Assembly (NCBI GenBank): GCA_945911015.1
Contig: CAMDZW010000005.1
Coordinates: forward strand, 84,832 to 148,831
Length of the DNA: 64,000 bases
Direction: 5' to 3'
Source: an uncultured Propionibacteriaceae bacterium
GTDB lineage: Bacteria > Actinomycetota > Actinomycetes > Propionibacteriales > Propionibacteriaceae
This document shows positions 36,418 to 45,914 of this stretch, piece after piece (the stretch's first letter is position 1; each line of letters opens with the position of its first letter). Both the position numbers and the translations under genes were made by a program. The notes under the pieces were generated by a model, which was not told where the DNA came from, did not search any database, and saw only the letters and a list, made by a program, of their open reading frames with translations.

Positions 36418-39400
36418 TCAGCTGAGGTTCGCCAACCAGCCGGCGGCGGTGGCGCGCAGCCAGCCGGTGCCGGCCGCTCCGACCTTGTCCTCAACCGCAT
36501 CGGCGGCGAGGGCGTCGGCGATCTTCTCCACGACACTGCGCGCAGCCTCGTCCCGCTTGGCTGCGGCATGGCGTGCGGCGACTCCGGTGAGGGTCGACAC
36601 CTCTCGGGCGCCGGCCGCGGCGAGCTCGTCGGCGAAGTGGGCGGTGAGTGCGGTCAGTCGGGCAGCAGGGTCGGTGGGCTCCTCCTGCTGCAGAGGGATC
36701 CGCCAGGTGCGGCCCTCGGCCAGGTCATAGGTGTACCCGGCATCGAGGTCGTCGGGATCGGCATGGGCACGGACCGGCGACACGGTGCCCAGCGACAGCA
36801 CCACCTCATCGGAGTCCCACCCGGACACTCCTTCGATCCGGTAGACCGCGTTGCCCTCGCCGTCGTTCTCGGCGTGGAGGTAGCGCCCGACCAGCGAATC
36901 GGCCTCAACCTGCCACGCCTGGTCCGGATCAATCGACACGGTGACGGTGTTCTCGGAGCTCAACTCCTTGGTGAAGTCGACGATCGTCCCGGTCAGGGCA
37001 TCCAGCTGACCGAGGACCCGCCCGAACTCGGTCCCGTCGAAGACGCGGACCTGGTCATCGAGCAGGACGCCGAGACCACCACGGAAGCGATGTCCGTCGA
37101 CCAGGTAGGTCTGCGAGCGGTCCCGTGCGTGGACGATCAGATCCACCCGTCCCGAGGTGAGCTTCACCCGTAGAGCGCGTACGTCGGTGTCGGCCACCTC
37201 CGATCCGTCGACGGTGGTGACCTCGACCGCCTCGATCGAAGCAATCGCGGAGTCACCACGGAAGGCCTCGATCACTCCGGTGAACACACTCGACTCGTCC
37301 TGCGGCTTTGATCGGGCCAGCAGGTAGCGCAGCGAGGTCGGGTTGCCCGGCTTGTTCTGCGGGGGTTCACAGTTGGCCAGCGCCACATCGGAGAACTCGC
37401 CGAGCAGCCGTAGCCGGACGTTGATGTCGGTCGGTTCCCCGACCCCGGCCCCGTGAACATTCCAGGTGTCGCGCAGTTCCTGCCAGGTCACCGAGAAGTC
37501 CGACCCGCCGTCGGTGTTGCGGTCGACGTCCCAGAAGTAGCTGTGTCCGGTTGGGTCGTCGACGGTGTCGTCGTACGAGACATCGGCCCCGGCATAGCTG
37601 CCGACATAGTCGCCGTCGGCATTCTTCTGCGCAGCAAGGGAGATGCCGTCAGTCACCACGGCCGATGACTGCATGGCATGGAAACTGTAGAGATGTCGTG
37701 AGCCGCCGCTCACCCGGAACAGGTCAACCACATAGGACCGCTGGTCGTCGATCCTCACCTGAACAGCGGTCCGGTGGTACAGCGAGGTCGCACTGTAGGC
37801 GACTGAGCCGTCGACCTCGACCACCTGGACGTCACCGCTGGAGCCGAACAGCTGCGGATCGGAGACGACCACATCGCGCTGCTCCTGGTCGTCGACCACC
37901 ACCGTGTTGTGGCTGATCGTGTTGCGCACCAGCGACTTGCGATGCATGTCGGTGGCATTGGCATAGCGCGGGTAGCCCAGGTCAGGCAGGAGATCCATGC
38001 CGTACGCCCAGTGGTCCAGATTGAGATTGTCCCGGTGGCCATGGCCGGTGTTGCGGCCGAAGTAGACCGTCGTGCCCCGTGCGGTGCCGTGGTCGACGGT
38101 GTCGCTCGGCTCGCCGATGGTCAGCGTGCGGAAACCTGCCTTCGGACCCGGCTTCGCCTCGACCAGGGTGAAGCTGATCGTGTGTTCACCCGGTGCCAGC
38201 GCCATCTCACCCAGATCCTGATTCACCGCCCCCGAGCCGGCGAAGGACATCTCCTCGACCAGCACCTCGTCGTCCAACCGCACCTCGTAGACGCCGTAAC
38301 TCCCTGCGGCCCAGATCCCCAGAGTGACGGTGTCGTTGAGCGCTGTGGGCAGATTGAAGCCGAAGGTGACCTCATCGCCGACGGTACTCGCCTCGAACTG
38401 GACGGTCTGGTTCGACGAGAAGTACTTGGTCGGCTGCGACCCGGACACGACCGTCATCGTCGCGAACGACAACTCGGTGCCGGCGTCCGGCGATGGCGCC
38501 GGTGGCTCACCGTCGCGCAGTGCGGCAAAGCCGTAACCGGTGAGCATCCTGGAACTTTCGGTCCACGGCCCGTGCTCGTCGACGACCTCTTGCACCCGCT
38601 CGGCCAACCCGTCGGGATCGGCATCGAAGATGCCCAGCCGCAGTCCTGCCGAGGAGTCGCCGTTCAGCCGGTGCAGCACCTGGGCAAAGATCGGTCGTTC
38701 GGTCTGGACGAAGGCCTTGGTCATCTCATCGGCAGCCATGCTGAGCACCGGGTTGCCGGTGGAGGCGGTGTCACCGATGGTCGGGGTGTAGGTGCCGAGC
38801 ATGGTCAGCGGGAACACACCCTCGAACATCTTGAGGTACTTCGGGTTGCTGTAGAGGTCGTAGACCGGCAACCCGTCGAGCCGGTAACCGGCCAGATAGT
38901 CGGCGGTGAGGGTGAAACTGCGCAGCCACAACGAGTTGTAACCCGGCGCTGCCTCGTTGCCGTTCCCGTCCCGATCGACGAGGTCGACGAAGGTGGTGCC
39001 CAGGTTGCCGCCGGTGACCTCGGTGCCGGTCGCAACGCCGCTGGCGAAGTCGAAGTCCAACATCTCTTGTGTCTCGGGCAGATGGTCCAGCACCATCGCC
39101 GCCAGGGCGAGTGTGGCCTGGTGCATGCCGTTGTTGCCGCGGATCTCGGCTCGCTTGACCGCCGGCAGGATCTCGCGCAACAGCCCGTCCTCGATGTTGC
39201 GCAGTACGCGCTGAGGATTGGTCTTGTCCATTAGCTGCGAGGCACCGTCGAGGTACTGCAGGGCAGCGGTCACCTCGGGCGCGATCTGGCCGGTCAGTGC
39301 CGGATGGAAGGCATCAGCCGCCAGCAGCCAGTCACGGATCATCCCGGTCTCCCAGATCGACCCGACGGCCTTGCCTCGGTTGGTGTTGCCGTTGCTGTTG

Positions 39401-41352
39401 CGGTAGCCGTCCTGGTAACGCCACTCGTCGAGCCCCAGGTCGGGGTAGACATCACAGACCCGGTCCAGCAGCACGATCCCGGCCGCGGCGTACTTCGGCT
39501 CCTGGGTGTGGATCCAGGCCTCGGTCAGCGCACGGATGGCCACCTGCAGCTCGCCGCCCTGCCACAGGTGCCAGTGGACGTAGTAGGCGATCGGGGTGTA
39601 CCGCGCTCCCGAGTCCAACACCGTGCCAGCGCCGTCGTCGACGCCCCAGTCCTCGCCCCGGTCGGGGTAGCTCACATTGACCAGGTTGCCCTTGCCGCCG
39701 TCGGCGATGAGCTGGTCATTGTGCAGTTGGGCCAGCTCGGGATCGAAGAAGCCGTACTCGTCCAGACCGCCGGCATAGTAGGCGGCGAAGTCGTTGGTCG
39801 GGAACGACAGGTCGCAGTTGGGGCAGGTCACCTTCCACGGCTCGTCCCACACATCGGCGGTGTACGGGTACTGGCCGTACTGGTGGACCTCCTCACCACA
39901 ATTGAGGCAACCGGCCTGTTCGTCACTGGTGAAGGAATAGCTGCGCGGAATCTTCTGGGACGGGATGAGCGCCCACAGGTCCGCGAACTCTCGTGCCACA
40001 TGGGGCTCGGCCTCTTGCACAGCGGCGTCGCGGATGCCCGCGGCCCAATCCAGTTCAGCGATGTTGGCTGCGGCCTGGGTCAACTTCTCCGGGGTCCAGT
40101 AGGTCGAGCGGGTCTTCACCGTCGACAGCACCTCGACGTCGAGGTCCAGCTCAGCGGTGACCGTCCGCCCGCCGCCGGTCACCGTCGCCGTCACCGTCGT
40201 CGATCCGGCCCGGGCGGCATGGAGGACACCGTCCTCGTCCACGCTCGCCAGGTCCTCGGAGACCGACCATTGCCAGCTCAGCTCTGCCGGATCGATCCGG
40301 TCACCGCCGAGCGAGGTCACCACCCGGCGCAACAACACGTGATCGCCGACGAACACCGATCGGGGAGTGCTGATCGCCACCTCCCCGGGCTGTTCGCTGG
40401 TCCCGACCTCGACCTCGGCGGTGAGCGACTCCCCATCGGGCAGGGCCGCGGTCACCGTGGTCATGCCGACCGTCTTCGCAGTGACGGCGAAGTACCCGCC
40501 GGTTTCCGGCTCGATGGTGAGGACTGAGTCGTCGCCGGTCAAAGACACCGTTGACCCGTCCACCCACACTCCGCGGCCTTCCTCGGACCGACCGGCGACG
40601 CGGATGGTGGTCGGTACACCGACCATCGCGACTTCTGCCTCGATCTCGTACGCGGACAGCTCGGCGACCTCGGCATCGGTGGCCGGGTCGGAGAGTTCGA
40701 ACTTGCCGCCACCGCCGACGCTGGTCTGGGTCCAGTCCGGGGCGGCACCGTCGTCGAAGGTCTGGGCAAAGGTCACCTCGCCATCGGCGACCACCTCCAG
40801 GTTGTCGAAGTGGGCGGTCCCGTTGTAACCGGAACTGGTCACGTCCCCGATGTAGCCGAAGTGGTCGTAGGTCGCGTCGGGGTCGACGCTGAACTCACGG
40901 GTCGAGCCGGCCGTCTGACGCTCGCCGTCGACGAAGATGGTCAGGGCTCCGGCCGCGGTGAACTCCAGCACGAAGCGGTGCCAGGCATCGGCGGTGAGCG
41001 GTTGATCCAGCTCGGCACTGTCCTCGCCGATCAGCACGGTGATCCGGTCGCCGGACTGCAACAGCCGCGGCCCGATGTAGGCGCTGCCGTCGTACGAGGC
41101 GAAGACCGAGAACGAGTTCATCGTCCCCTCCGGCCAGAGGTAGTCGAAGCTGATCCGGAAGTCACCGCTGACCGGCGGCATGGCCGTACGGCCGAAGGCC
41201 TTGGTCGAACCCTCACCACCGACGAAGAGGCTGTTGGGAGTGGCCGCATGGGCAGGTCGGATGCTGAAGGCGCCCGCGCCGGTGGCGAGGGCAGCCACTC
41301 CGGACACCTGGAGGAGGCTACGTCGGGAGACCTTGAGGGGACGGCAGTTCAT
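36418..41352 (-). CDS. Giant Tat-signal multidomain heparinase II/III-like polysaccharide lyase (1644 aa) with LamG/ConA-like, Ig-like (Big_2-like), Cys4 and CBM-like modules
   Basis: AAGGA RBS lies 6 nt upstream of ATG 41352, giving MNCRPLKVSRRSLLQVSGVAALATGAGAFSIRPAHA. The modules read by eye are as follows.
- A LamG-like segment (FRISFDYLWPEG...RFVLEFTAAGALTIFVDGE).
- Two Ig-like segments (VTAKTVGMTTVTAALPDGESLTAEVEV and LHAARAGSTTVTATVTGGGRTVTAELDL).
- A CLNCG...CPNC motif.
- The Hepar_II_III-type motif HGHRDNLNLDHWAYGMDLLPDLGYPRYA...ISHNTVVVDD. Confidence 0.8.
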   Translation of the reverse strand: MNCRPLKVSRRSLLQVSGVAALATGAGAFSIRPAHAATPNSLFVGGEGSTKAFGRTAMPPVSGDFRISFDYLWPEGTMNSFSVFASYDGSAYIGPRLLQSGDRITVLIGEDSAELDQPLTADAWHRFVLEFTAAGALTIFVDGERQTAGSTREFSVDPDATYDHFGYIGDVTSSGYNGTAHFDNLEVVADGEVTFAQTFDDGAAPDWTQTSVGGGGKFELSDPATDAEVAELSAYEIEAEVAMVGVPTTIRVAGRSEEGRGVWVDGSTVSLTGDDSVLTIEPETGGYFAVTAKTVGMTTVTAALPDGESLTAEVEVGTSEQPGEVAISTPRSVFVGDHVLLRRVVTSLGGDRIDPAELSWQWSVSEDLASVDEDGVLHAARAGSTTVTATVTGGGRTVTAELDLDVEVLSTVKTRSTYWTPEKLTQAAANIAELDWAAGIRDAAVQEAEPHVAREFADLWALIPSQKIPRSYSFTSDEQAGCLNCGEEVHQYGQYPYTADVWDEPWKVTCPNCDLSFPTNDFAAYYAGGLDEYGFFDPELAQLHNDQLIADGGKGNLVNVSYPDRGEDWGVDDGAGTVLDSGARYTPIAYYVHWHLWQGGELQVAIRALTEAWIHTQEPKYAAAGIVLLDRVCDVYPDLGLDEWRYQDGYRNSNGNTNRGKAVGSIWETGMIRDWLLAADAFHPALTGQIAPEVTAALQYLDGASQLMDKTNPQRVLRNIEDGLLREILPAVKRAEIRGNNGMHQATLALAAMVLDHLPETQEMLDFDFASGVATGTEVTGGNLGTTFVDLVDRDGNGNEAAPGYNSLWLRSFTLTADYLAGYRLDGLPVYDLYSNPKYLKMFEGVFPLTMLGTYTPTIGDTASTGNPVLSMAADEMTKAFVQTERPIFAQVLHRLNGDSSAGLRLGIFDADPDGLAERVQEVVDEHGPWTESSRMLTGYGFAALRDGEPPAPSPDAGTELSFATMTVVSGSQPTKYFSSNQTVQFEASTVGDEVTFGFNLPTALNDTVTLGIWAAGSYGVYEVRLDDEVLVEEMSFAGSGAVNQDLGEMALAPGEHTISFTLVEAKPGPKAGFRTLTIGEPSDTVDHGTARGTTVYFGRNTGHGHRDNLNLDHWAYGMDLLPDLGYPRYANATDMHRKSLVRNTISHNTVVVDDQEQRDVVVSDPQLFGSSGDVQVVEVDGSVAYSATSLYHRTAVQVRIDDQRSYVVDLFRVSGGSRHLYSFHAMQSSAVVTDGISLAAQKNADGDYVGSYAGADVSYDDTVDDPTGHSYFWDVDRNTDGGSDFSVTWQELRDTWNVHGAGVGEPTDINVRLRLLGEFSDVALANCEPPQNKPGNPTSLRYLLARSKPQDESSVFTGVIEAFRGDSAIASIEAVEVTTVDGSEVADTDVRALRVKLTSGRVDLIVHARDRSQTYLVDGHRFRGGLGVLLDDQVRVFDGTEFGRVLGQLDALTGTIVDFTKELSSENTVTVSIDPDQAWQVEADSLVGRYLHAENDGEGNAVYRIEGVSGWDSDEVVLSLGTVSPVRAHADPDDLDAGYTYDLAEGRTWRIPLQQEEPTDPAARLTALTAHFADELAAAGAREVSTLTGVAARHAAAKRDEAARSVVEKIADALAADAVEDKVGAAGTGWLRATAAGWLANLS

Positions 41353-41492
41353 CGTTGATCCTTGTCGAAGGCTGACAGATTCAGGACATGCTCCGTACCG
41401 AAAATGGGACGGCGCGAATACCAATGTCTCAGAAACCTAGAGCGAGCCGAACCCAGTGTCAATGGCCCGCCCATTACAGTGACGTCGTGAAC

Positions 41493-42458
41493 ATGGATGA
41501 CGCGAACACCGTCGGTGACAGGACCCGATTCGGCTTCCTGGGGCCCGCGGGCACGTTCACCCATCAAGCTCTGCTCCAGCTCGACGCCTTCGCCGGCCCC
41601 GACCCGGCCGAGCCCGTCCCGTACCCCGATGTGCTTGCCACCATTGATGCCGTTGTCGCCGGTGAGGTCGAGGCCGCGCTGGTCCCGATCGAGAACTCCG
41701 TCGAGGGCGGGGTGACCGCCACCTTGGACCACCTCGCCGCCAGTGAGGACCTGGTCATCACCGGCGAGGTCACCATCCCGGTCGAGTTCGTGCTGTGCGT
41801 ACGGCATCGGGTCCGGCTCGAGCAGGTGCGCGAAGTGGTGACCCATCCGGTCGCCGACGCCCAGGTGCGTGGCTGGTTGGCCGAACACCTCCCCGGTGTC
41901 GCCGTGGTCCATGCCGGCTCGACTGCCGGCGCGGCCGTGGCGGTCGCCCAGGACAGCGAACCCGGCCGGGTCGCCGTCTGCGCGAAGGTTGCCGCCGAAC
42001 TGCAAGGACTGGAGATCATCGAGGACGGCATCGCCGACAATCCCGGTGCCGAAACCCGGTTCGTGGTCGTACGACGCCAAGGCGCGCCCCTGCCCGCTCC
42101 GACCGGGGCCGACAAGACAACCCTGGTGCTCTACCAGCGTGACGACCACTCCGGAGCATTGCTGGAGATCCTTGACCAGTTCGCCAGCCGTGGCATCAAC
42201 CTGACCCGAATCGAATCCCGACCCACCAAGACCGCACTGGGCAACTACTGCTTCAGTGTCGATGCCGAGGGACACCTGATGGATGAACGGATGGGGCACG
42301 CCCTGTCCGGGCTGTACCGGATCTGCAAGCGGGTCCGGTTCCTGGGCTCCTATCCGCGGGCCGACCGCCGTCCCAATGAGGTGGCCCCGCTCAACGCCAA
42401 TGATGACTTCGCCCGCGCCGCGCAGTGGCTGGACAATCTGAGGGGCTGGACAATCTGA
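41493..42458 (+). CDS. pheA: Prephenate dehydratase
   Basis: RFGFLGPAGTFTHQALLQL marks the PDT domain. The C-terminal ACT domain reads TTLVLYQRDDHSGALLEILDQFASRGINLTRIESRPTK. The start is ATG 41493 (alternative GTG 41487). The track ORF begins at 41388. Confidence 0.9.
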   Translation: MDDANTVGDRTRFGFLGPAGTFTHQALLQLDAFAGPDPAEPVPYPDVLATIDAVVAGEVEAALVPIENSVEGGVTATLDHLAASEDLVITGEVTIPVEFVLCVRHRVRLEQVREVVTHPVADAQVRGWLAEHLPGVAVVHAGSTAGAAVAVAQDSEPGRVAVCAKVAAELQGLEIIEDGIADNPGAETRFVVVRRQGAPLPAPTGADKTTLVLYQRDDHSGALLEILDQFASRGINLTRIESRPTKTALGNYCFSVDAEGHLMDERMGHALSGLYRICKRVRFLGSYPRADRRPNEVAPLNANDDFARAAQWLDNLRGWTI

Positions 42459-42460
42459 GG
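42427..42460 (+). repeat. Perfect 17-bp tandem duplication (GGCTGGACAATCTGAGG, two copies) spanning the pheA stop codon
   Basis: Copy 1 is at 42427-42443 and copy 2 at 42444-42460. The TGA used as the stop (42456-42458) lies in copy 2. Confidence 0.9.
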
Positions 42461-42555
42461 GACTCGACCGACTGAACAGGGTCGATGGTGTTTGGGTCCG
42501 TGCCGTCCGGGTAGAGGGACAACGACGGCGATCGTCGCCGTCGGCGACGGAAGGA

Positions 42556-43083
42556 ATGGACGCGATGACCACGACCAAGCCCAGTGTTGTTCCCACCCGC
42601 TCCGACGACACCAACGGTGTGCGCACAGGATTCGTCGCACCGGAACGGCTGCGCGCCAACCTGCAGCGGGTGTTGGTGAACCTGATTGACCTGCAGCTGA
42701 CCGCCAAACAGGCCCATTGGAACCTCGTCGGCCCCAACTTCCGCGACATCCACCTCAACCTGGACGAGGTGGTCGCGATCGTACGGCAGGGCGTCGATGA
42801 CGTGGCCGAACGCATGCGTGCGCTGCAGACCACTCCGGACGGTCGCGCCGGCGTGGTGGCCGGCGACTCGTCGTTGCCGCTCTTCCCGGCCGGCGAGGTC
42901 AGCACGCACACCGCCGTCGTCACCGTGGTCGAGGCCATCGAGGTGGTTACCGGCTGCATGCGTGAAGTCCACGATGCCGTCGACGAGGACGACCCGACAT
43001 CGGCGGACATGCTGCACGAATACCTGACCAAGCTCGAACAGCAGGCTTGGTTCCTGTCCTCCGAGGTCCGTACGGCCACGTAG
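42556..43083 (+). CDS. dps: Dps-family DNA-protection/ferritin-like protein
   Basis: LQRVLVNLIDLQLTAKQAHWNLVGPNFRDIHLNLDE is the classic Dps ferroxidase-site helix pattern. ATG 42565 is an alternative start with better spacing from GGAAGGA. Confidence 0.9.
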   Translation: MDAMTTTKPSVVPTRSDDTNGVRTGFVAPERLRANLQRVLVNLIDLQLTAKQAHWNLVGPNFRDIHLNLDEVVAIVRQGVDDVAERMRALQTTPDGRAGVVAGDSSLPLFPAGEVSTHTAVVTVVEAIEVVTGCMREVHDAVDEDDPTSADMLHEYLTKLEQQAWFLSSEVRTAT

Positions 43084-43105
43084 AGCCGCACGGACCGGGC
43101 ATGGC

Positions 43106-44161
43106 TCAGCGCGGAAGGAATCCCCGACGCTCGGCCTGTGCCTGCGCGGTCAGGGCAAGCCGCATCACCTCGAAGGTGTGCTCCTGCGGGGCAGCAGTGT
43201 GGGTGCGATTGCGGATGTCGTCCATCAGCGCCGGGTAATAGCCGCCGGTGATTTCGGAACAGTTGATGTACTCGGTGCCTGCCTCGTCGGCGACGAACAG
43301 GTGGTTGGTGCCCGGGCGGCCCTCGATGTCGACATACTTGCGGAGCTCGATGTAACCCTTGGTGCCCAGGATCAGCAGCCGCCCGTCTCCCCAGGTCGGC
43401 AGTCCCTGAGGCGTGAACCAGTCGACCCGGACATAGCCCTGAGCATGTTCGGTGCGCAGGTTGACCTCCCCGAAGTCCTGGAACTCAGGGGTCTCCTCGT
43501 GACCGAAATTACCGATGGCCGAGCTGACGACCTCGGCGGTGGTGGAGTTGGTGAACCACAGGAACTGGTCGAACTGATGCGAGGCGATGTCGGTGATGAT
43601 CCCGCCGTACCGGGCCGGGTCATAGAACCACTCGGGCCGTCCGGCACCGCCGGCGACATGGGCTTTGTCGCCCTCGCGGTGCGGGCCCAGGCCGAGGGTC
43701 TGCACCACGGTGCCGATCCGCCCTTCGCGGATCAGTTCACCGGCCTTGGCCACGCTGGGCACCTCGAAACGCTCGGAGAAGGTGACCGACCAGAACCGGC
43801 CGGTCGCCTCGACGGCCGCCTTGACCGCGTCGAGCTGCTCGAAGCTGATGCAACCCGGCTTGTCGGAGACCACATCCTTGCCGTGCTTCATGGCCTCGAC
43901 CGCGATTGGACCGCGTTCGTCGGGGACGGCGGCGGTGACGATCAGGTCGATCGAGGGATCGTGCAGCAGTTCGTTGGGGTCGTCATGCCACGGTGTGTCG
44001 GGATAGAGCTCCCGCATCCGGGCGACTACAGCGGCCTGGGGGTCGTACGAGCTCAGACCGACCAGCTCGGCGCCCTGGCCGAGCATCCCCTTCACCTGCC
44101 CGAAGATGTGGGCATGGTCGAGACCAACTGCGGCGAAGCGAACCGGTTTCTCCGAAGACAT
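43106..44161 (-). CDS. Gfo/Idh/MocA-family NAD(P)-dependent oxidoreductase
   Basis: The N-terminal Rossmann segment reads VRFAAVGLDHAHIFGQVKGML. The EKP-like motif DKPG is present. The protein is 351 aa. Confidence 0.85.
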   Translation of the reverse strand: MSSEKPVRFAAVGLDHAHIFGQVKGMLGQGAELVGLSSYDPQAAVVARMRELYPDTPWHDDPNELLHDPSIDLIVTAAVPDERGPIAVEAMKHGKDVVSDKPGCISFEQLDAVKAAVEATGRFWSVTFSERFEVPSVAKAGELIREGRIGTVVQTLGLGPHREGDKAHVAGGAGRPEWFYDPARYGGIITDIASHQFDQFLWFTNSTTAEVVSSAIGNFGHEETPEFQDFGEVNLRTEHAQGYVRVDWFTPQGLPTWGDGRLLILGTKGYIELRKYVDIEGRPGTNHLFVADEAGTEYINCSEITGGYYPALMDDIRNRTHTAAPQEHTFEVMRLALTAQAQAERRGFLPR

Positions 44162-44194
44162 TGCTCTACTCCTTGAGCTCAGGGGTGTCGGGGG

Positions 44195-45847
44195 TCAGTC
44201 TGCCATCCCGGCTGCTGCCGGGTCGCTGAGTGCTTCCGGCATCTGGGCGCCGACCCGCTGGGTCTTGTTGGGCATCTGCAGGGCGAGTGCTCCGGGCACC
44301 ACCTCGAAGACCACCTTGCGGCACGAGCCGATGGTGTCACCGTCCAACTGGTACTCCTCGACATCAGCGATGGTGATCTCCACCTTCCGGGCCGTGATCC
44401 GGTCGATCGGGGCCGCATTGCGGTCCTGCCGGGTGAGTACCTTCGCGGTCAACGACACCTTGTCCCGCCAGTTCTTCGGGGAGGCGATCAGCAGGTCGAG
44501 CAGTCCGTCATCGGCCCGGGCCTCGGGCAGCAGCGGGATACCACCCTGCAGGAATCCGACATTGCCGACCACCATGACCAGGGCGCGCCGGGTGAAGGTC
44601 TTGCCGTCGTCGACGCGGATCCGGGCCTGCATCGGCGGATGGTTGACATGTTGGGCGGCCGAGACGAAGTAGGCAGCCGAGCCGACGGTTCGCTTCAGGT
44701 TGTCATCGGTGCCGCCCAAGATGGCCGCATCGATCCCGACCCCAGCCATCACCGCGAAGTGTTCGGGCTCGCCGTCGTCAACGGTGATCCGGACCAAGTC
44801 AATGGCGGTGGTGTGCCCGTCGAGCGCGACCCGCAGGGCGTCGGTCTCGTCCAGGGGCAGGCCGAGGTTGCGGGCCAACAGGTTGCCGGTGCCGGCTGCG
44901 ACCACACCAAACGGCATGCCGCTGCCGGCAAGTTCGGAGGACACCGTACGGACCGTGCCATCACCGCCGGCGGCAATCACCAGGTCCACCTTCGCATCGA
45001 GGGCCTGGCGGGCCAGCCCACGACCCGGGTCTTCGATGGAGGTCTCCAGCCACAACGTACGGCGATAGCCCCGGTTGGCCAGTTCGAAGTCGACCACCCG
45101 GCGGAAGGTCGCCCAGTCGATGACCTTGGCCGGGTTGTAGATGACCGCACACCGCGGGTCGTCCGGCTCGGCCGGTCTCGGCTTGGCATCCAGCCCGACC
45201 AGTTCACGCCAGTCACGCGGCAGGACATGGACATCAGCCACGATCAGCGCGATCGCTGCACTCGCCCCGCCCACCAGCAGACCACCGACAATGTCGGACA
45301 CCCAGTGGGCCGACAGTGCCCAGCGATTGACCGCCACCGCCAGGACCAGCAGGGCCCGACCCACCGCCCACCAACGCCGGACCGAGCCCGGCTGACGGGT
45401 CACGGTGAGGATGGCAGTCACCATCACCACCGCGGTGCTGATCGCGGCCATGTGACCTGAGGGGTAGGCCCATCCGGTGGTGGTCATGATGTCGACCAGC
45501 TGTTCGGGGCGTTCCCGCTGCACGATCCGGCGCAGCACCATCGGCACCAGTCCCGACAGTGCGGTCGCCAGGACCAGCGCCACTGCGAGGTTGCGCATCC
45601 GCCGGCGGGCTGCCCAGATCGAGACCACCAGCAGGGCGCCGAGCACCAACCAGGGTGTGGTGATCATCGCAAAGGTGGCCAGTACCTGACCCGTACGGGA
45701 CAGCACACCGACCGGTGGCGCGAGCAGTCGCCGGTCGACCGGGGCAATCAGGTCGGTGCCGTTGACCAGCACGCTCCACACCACAAAGGCGAGGACCAGT
45801 GCGCCGGTGATCAACAGGCCGCGACGGGATGGGGGCTGACGGACCAT
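44195..45847 (-). CDS. Bifunctional PAP2 phosphatase / diacylglycerol-kinase-catalytic-domain protein
   Basis: The N-terminal half is polytopic and carries PAP2 motifs (YPSGHMAA and SAHWVSDIVGG). The C-terminal half is a DAGK/LCB5-like domain (VIYNPAK..., AAGGDGTV, GTGNLLARNLG). Confidence 0.8.
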   Translation of the reverse strand: MVRQPPSRRGLLITGALVLAFVVWSVLVNGTDLIAPVDRRLLAPPVGVLSRTGQVLATFAMITTPWLVLGALLVVSIWAARRRMRNLAVALVLATALSGLVPMVLRRIVQRERPEQLVDIMTTTGWAYPSGHMAAISTAVVMVTAILTVTRQPGSVRRWWAVGRALLVLAVAVNRWALSAHWVSDIVGGLLVGGASAAIALIVADVHVLPRDWRELVGLDAKPRPAEPDDPRCAVIYNPAKVIDWATFRRVVDFELANRGYRRTLWLETSIEDPGRGLARQALDAKVDLVIAAGGDGTVRTVSSELAGSGMPFGVVAAGTGNLLARNLGLPLDETDALRVALDGHTTAIDLVRITVDDGEPEHFAVMAGVGIDAAILGGTDDNLKRTVGSAAYFVSAAQHVNHPPMQARIRVDDGKTFTRRALVMVVGNVGFLQGGIPLLPEARADDGLLDLLIASPKNWRDKVSLTAKVLTRQDRNAAPIDRITARKVEITIADVEEYQLDGDTIGSCRKVVFEVVPGALALQMPNKTQRVGAQMPEALSDPAAAGMAD

Positions 45848-45914
45848 GGCCGAACCCTACGCCCCCGTCATCTTTCCAAGTGCCCCTTGGCACATGAGTC
45901 GATAGGCTGTCGAC

